From a virus: a stretch of DNA of 64,000 nt. The number at the start of each line of letters is the position of its first letter. Position 1 is the first letter of the stretch. The position numbers and the translations under genes are program-made. This document shows, piece by piece, positions 61,600-64,000 of this stretch. Under the pieces are notes generated by a model. The model saw only the letters and a list, made by a program, of their open reading frames with translations. It searched no databases and was not told where the DNA came from. The DNA lies in the IMG/VR virus record IMGVR_UViG_3300024272_000069, one strand, 5' to 3'.

Positions 61600-64000
61600 A
61601 TGAGTTATAGTGTTGGCGCGATTTATAGCGCAGATGGAATAGCTTTAAGTGGAAAGCCTGGTACCAGTTCCAATTATGCCACAGCCTATTATGGTGGTTA
61701 TGACGGAACTTGGCCTTCTAGTAGTAATTGGTCTGGATATAAAATTAATTCGGTATCAGTTGGTTTTGAGATAGAAAATTATATGTCTTCAACAACAGCT
61801 TATATTTCATTAGAATTAAATGGAAGAACTTTAGTTGATTCATATCCTATTAGCGCAGGTACTAGAGTTGATGTTACTTAGTCAGGACCCACTTCAGGTT
61901 ATTTAATATAGGCTTTATTAAATGGCAATTCTATTTCAATTACCGGCGATCGTAATACTTCTACTGGTAGTGGAACTTTTTTACAATTTAAATCAGATAT
62001 TTCTGTTTCGATTAATTATGAGTTACCTAAAACATATACGGCTTGTTCTGCTCCTACATCAGTTACAGCTAGTTCAGAAAATGTAATGCCTGGTGGAACT
62101 TTTACTCTTAGTTGGAGTGGTGCATCTGGTGGTACTAATACTTCAATTTCAAAATATGATATTTACCGCAGTACTTCAAGTGATAGCGGCTATACCAAGG
62201 TTTAGACAGAATCAAGTTCTCCAGCTCCTGTTACAATTCCAGATTCAAATGGAACTACTTATTATTATAAAGTCTAGGCTATTTGCTCTGATACAGACTA
62301 TAATAGTAGTTTGTCAACTAATTATGCCACAGTAAAAGCTACTGCCACTTCTCCAACTATTTCTACTTTTACTATTGCTGGTCAATCTTCTAATGTTTAT
62401 ATTGGAGGATCTACTTAGTAGGTAACTATTAAATGGAGTGGAACAGGAGGAACAAATAATAGTATTGTAGGGTATATATTAGTAGATGCAACTACTGGAA
62501 CAGAGTAGTCATTTAGTTCAGCTGAAACATCATATACAACTACAGTTACAGTAACTGCCGGCCATACTTATTATGGTAAAATTAAAGGTTCTTATAGTAA
62601 TAGTGATAGTTCTAATCAAATTACTGTAGAAGCTTTAGCCTTAGATACTAATATTACGATTACTTCAAATCCTACTACTGGTAAAATTACCTAGCGTAAT
62701 ATTAATTTGTCTTGGAGCACTCCAACAATTACAACAGGAAAAATTTCTGGTAATATCACTTATACAATTAGCTATATTAGTGACGCATTAACAGGTGATT
62801 TAGTTTCAAAAATTACGACTACTAATACTACAGTAACATTACCAACAACAATACAATCTGGTGTAAGCACTATTTTATGGTTGACTATTTCAGCAACTGC
62901 AAGAGATGGAGGAAGTAATACTTGGACGGTAACTATTGGAGAATATACATTAACAGGTTTACCTAATGCACCAACAATTACTAAATTGTATGATACAAAA
63001 GGACCAAGTTCTATGTTAAATGGAATTTAGTCTATTGGTTATAAATATATTAAAATTCATTTTTCTCCTGCTACGCAAAATAGTGCCAATGGTTCTGGAA
63101 GTAATTTTACTTATAAACTTCGTTATTGGAAAAATAATGAACCATATAAAACTGAAAATCTTTCTGTAAGTGGTACTGCTACTGAAATCGTTTTAGACCG
63201 TGATCTTGAAAGTGATTATGATTTATCCTCTAATTCTACAATTAACTTTTAGATAGAGGCTACAGACGAATATGGCACACCAGCACTTTCAAATAATGTT
63301 TCTATAAAACGTTTTTCTTTGCCAACAATTACTTGGAATAATTGTTCTATTACTCAAATAAATGCTTCAAATTTTTCAGTGCCTATTGGTAATAAAATAA
63401 CCGGTGCTTTTTCTGGAATCATTCCTGCAGCGAGTGGTTCAACAAAAGTTATTTATTCTTTGAAAGTAAGTTATAATAATTTTATTGCAGAACACTTAAA
63501 TTCAATAAATGGCTCTTTTTCTAATACGAATTCTAATACTTTTACAACTACGGTTACTTGTCCAACTTCTTTAGATGTAAGTAATAATTTTTAGACTGCT
63601 TTATTCCAGGAAGTATTAAATAATAATAATCCAAAACCATCTGGAACATTAATTTTAACTTATTATTATGAAGGTTTTTCTACTTATACCGCAACAAGTT
63701 TGTACTCTTTCAATTTTAATTTTATACGAACTTTAGGAGCGTTATCTTCTGAAAACTATTTAGTCCATTATTCCAATAATCGAACTTATTTTAATCCTTT
63801 TGAAACAATAACAATTACTTGTAAGGATTTGATAGATTGGACTGGAGCTTCTGGAGAAAGAACTTATCCTGGAGCTACTATAACTAAAACAATTAAAAGA
63901 AATAATAATAACTTATCAATTAATAGTGATAATCAAATCAATGATAGCTATGATTTATATACTGCATCAGAAGTGACTTTAAACTATTATTTAACTTATA
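61600..64000 (+). CDS. tail fiber protein with tandem Ser/Thr-rich Ig/FN3-like repeats (partial; continues past the window), many TAG codons
   Basis: SD AAGGAG; track fragments 61564, 62707 and 63319 in frame 1; repeated ~90-aa T/S-rich modules (SWSGASGGTNTSISKYDIYRS... / IKWSGTGGTNNSIVGY...). Confidence 0.5.

Overview
This window is part of a tailed dsDNA phage genome, siphovirus-like (tape measure, Dit and Tal genes), probably infecting a low-GC Gram-positive host. Host evidence: canonical sigma-A promoters (TTGACA-N17-TATAAT/TATACT), AGGAGG Shine-Dalgarno sites, GTG/TTG starts, an AbrB-N-like regulator and a TP901-type tape measure core.

Layout:
(i) 1-4790: a leftward minus-strand operon of structural-looking genes plus an HTH regulator.
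(ii) 4800-5700 and 6300-6990: repeat-rich non-coding regions, including a ~280 bp pure A/T tract followed by CCAGCTT direct repeats, which I call a candidate replication origin.
(iii) ~5.7-25.1 kb: an early region of about 45 small genes, mostly minus strand. Nearly every gene has its own consensus promoter and many have their own terminator. It contains a tRNA cluster (Lys-UUU, Leu-CAA and a non-canonical tRNA-like element), two DEDDh exonuclease paralogs, four paralogs of a lysine/alanine-rich protein family, an SPFH/band-7 protein, a HAD hydrolase and a block of small membrane proteins.
(iv) 25.6-64 kb: a rightward late operon encoding a putative TerS, TerL, portal, scaffold/protease-like protein, capsid, head-tail genes, major tail protein, a 12 kb tape measure gene, Dit, Tal and fibers.

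Main observations:
1. TAG (amber) is not a stop codon in the late genes. No gene in the window ends with TAG (all TAA or TGA). None of the ~45 early ORFs contains an in-frame TAG. Every late gene contains in-frame TAGs, 1-5 in head genes and dozens in the tail genes; context favours Gln. The six-frame ORF track therefore fragments the late genes, and I rejoined them.
2. A perfect 19-bp palindrome, TTAGATGTT[C/G]AACATCTAA, occurs at least 26 times across the early region. It is usually 7-10 bp upstream of the -35 box of a consensus promoter, which looks like one regulator controlling the whole early gene set.

All hand-derived coordinates are approximate (+/-2 nt).
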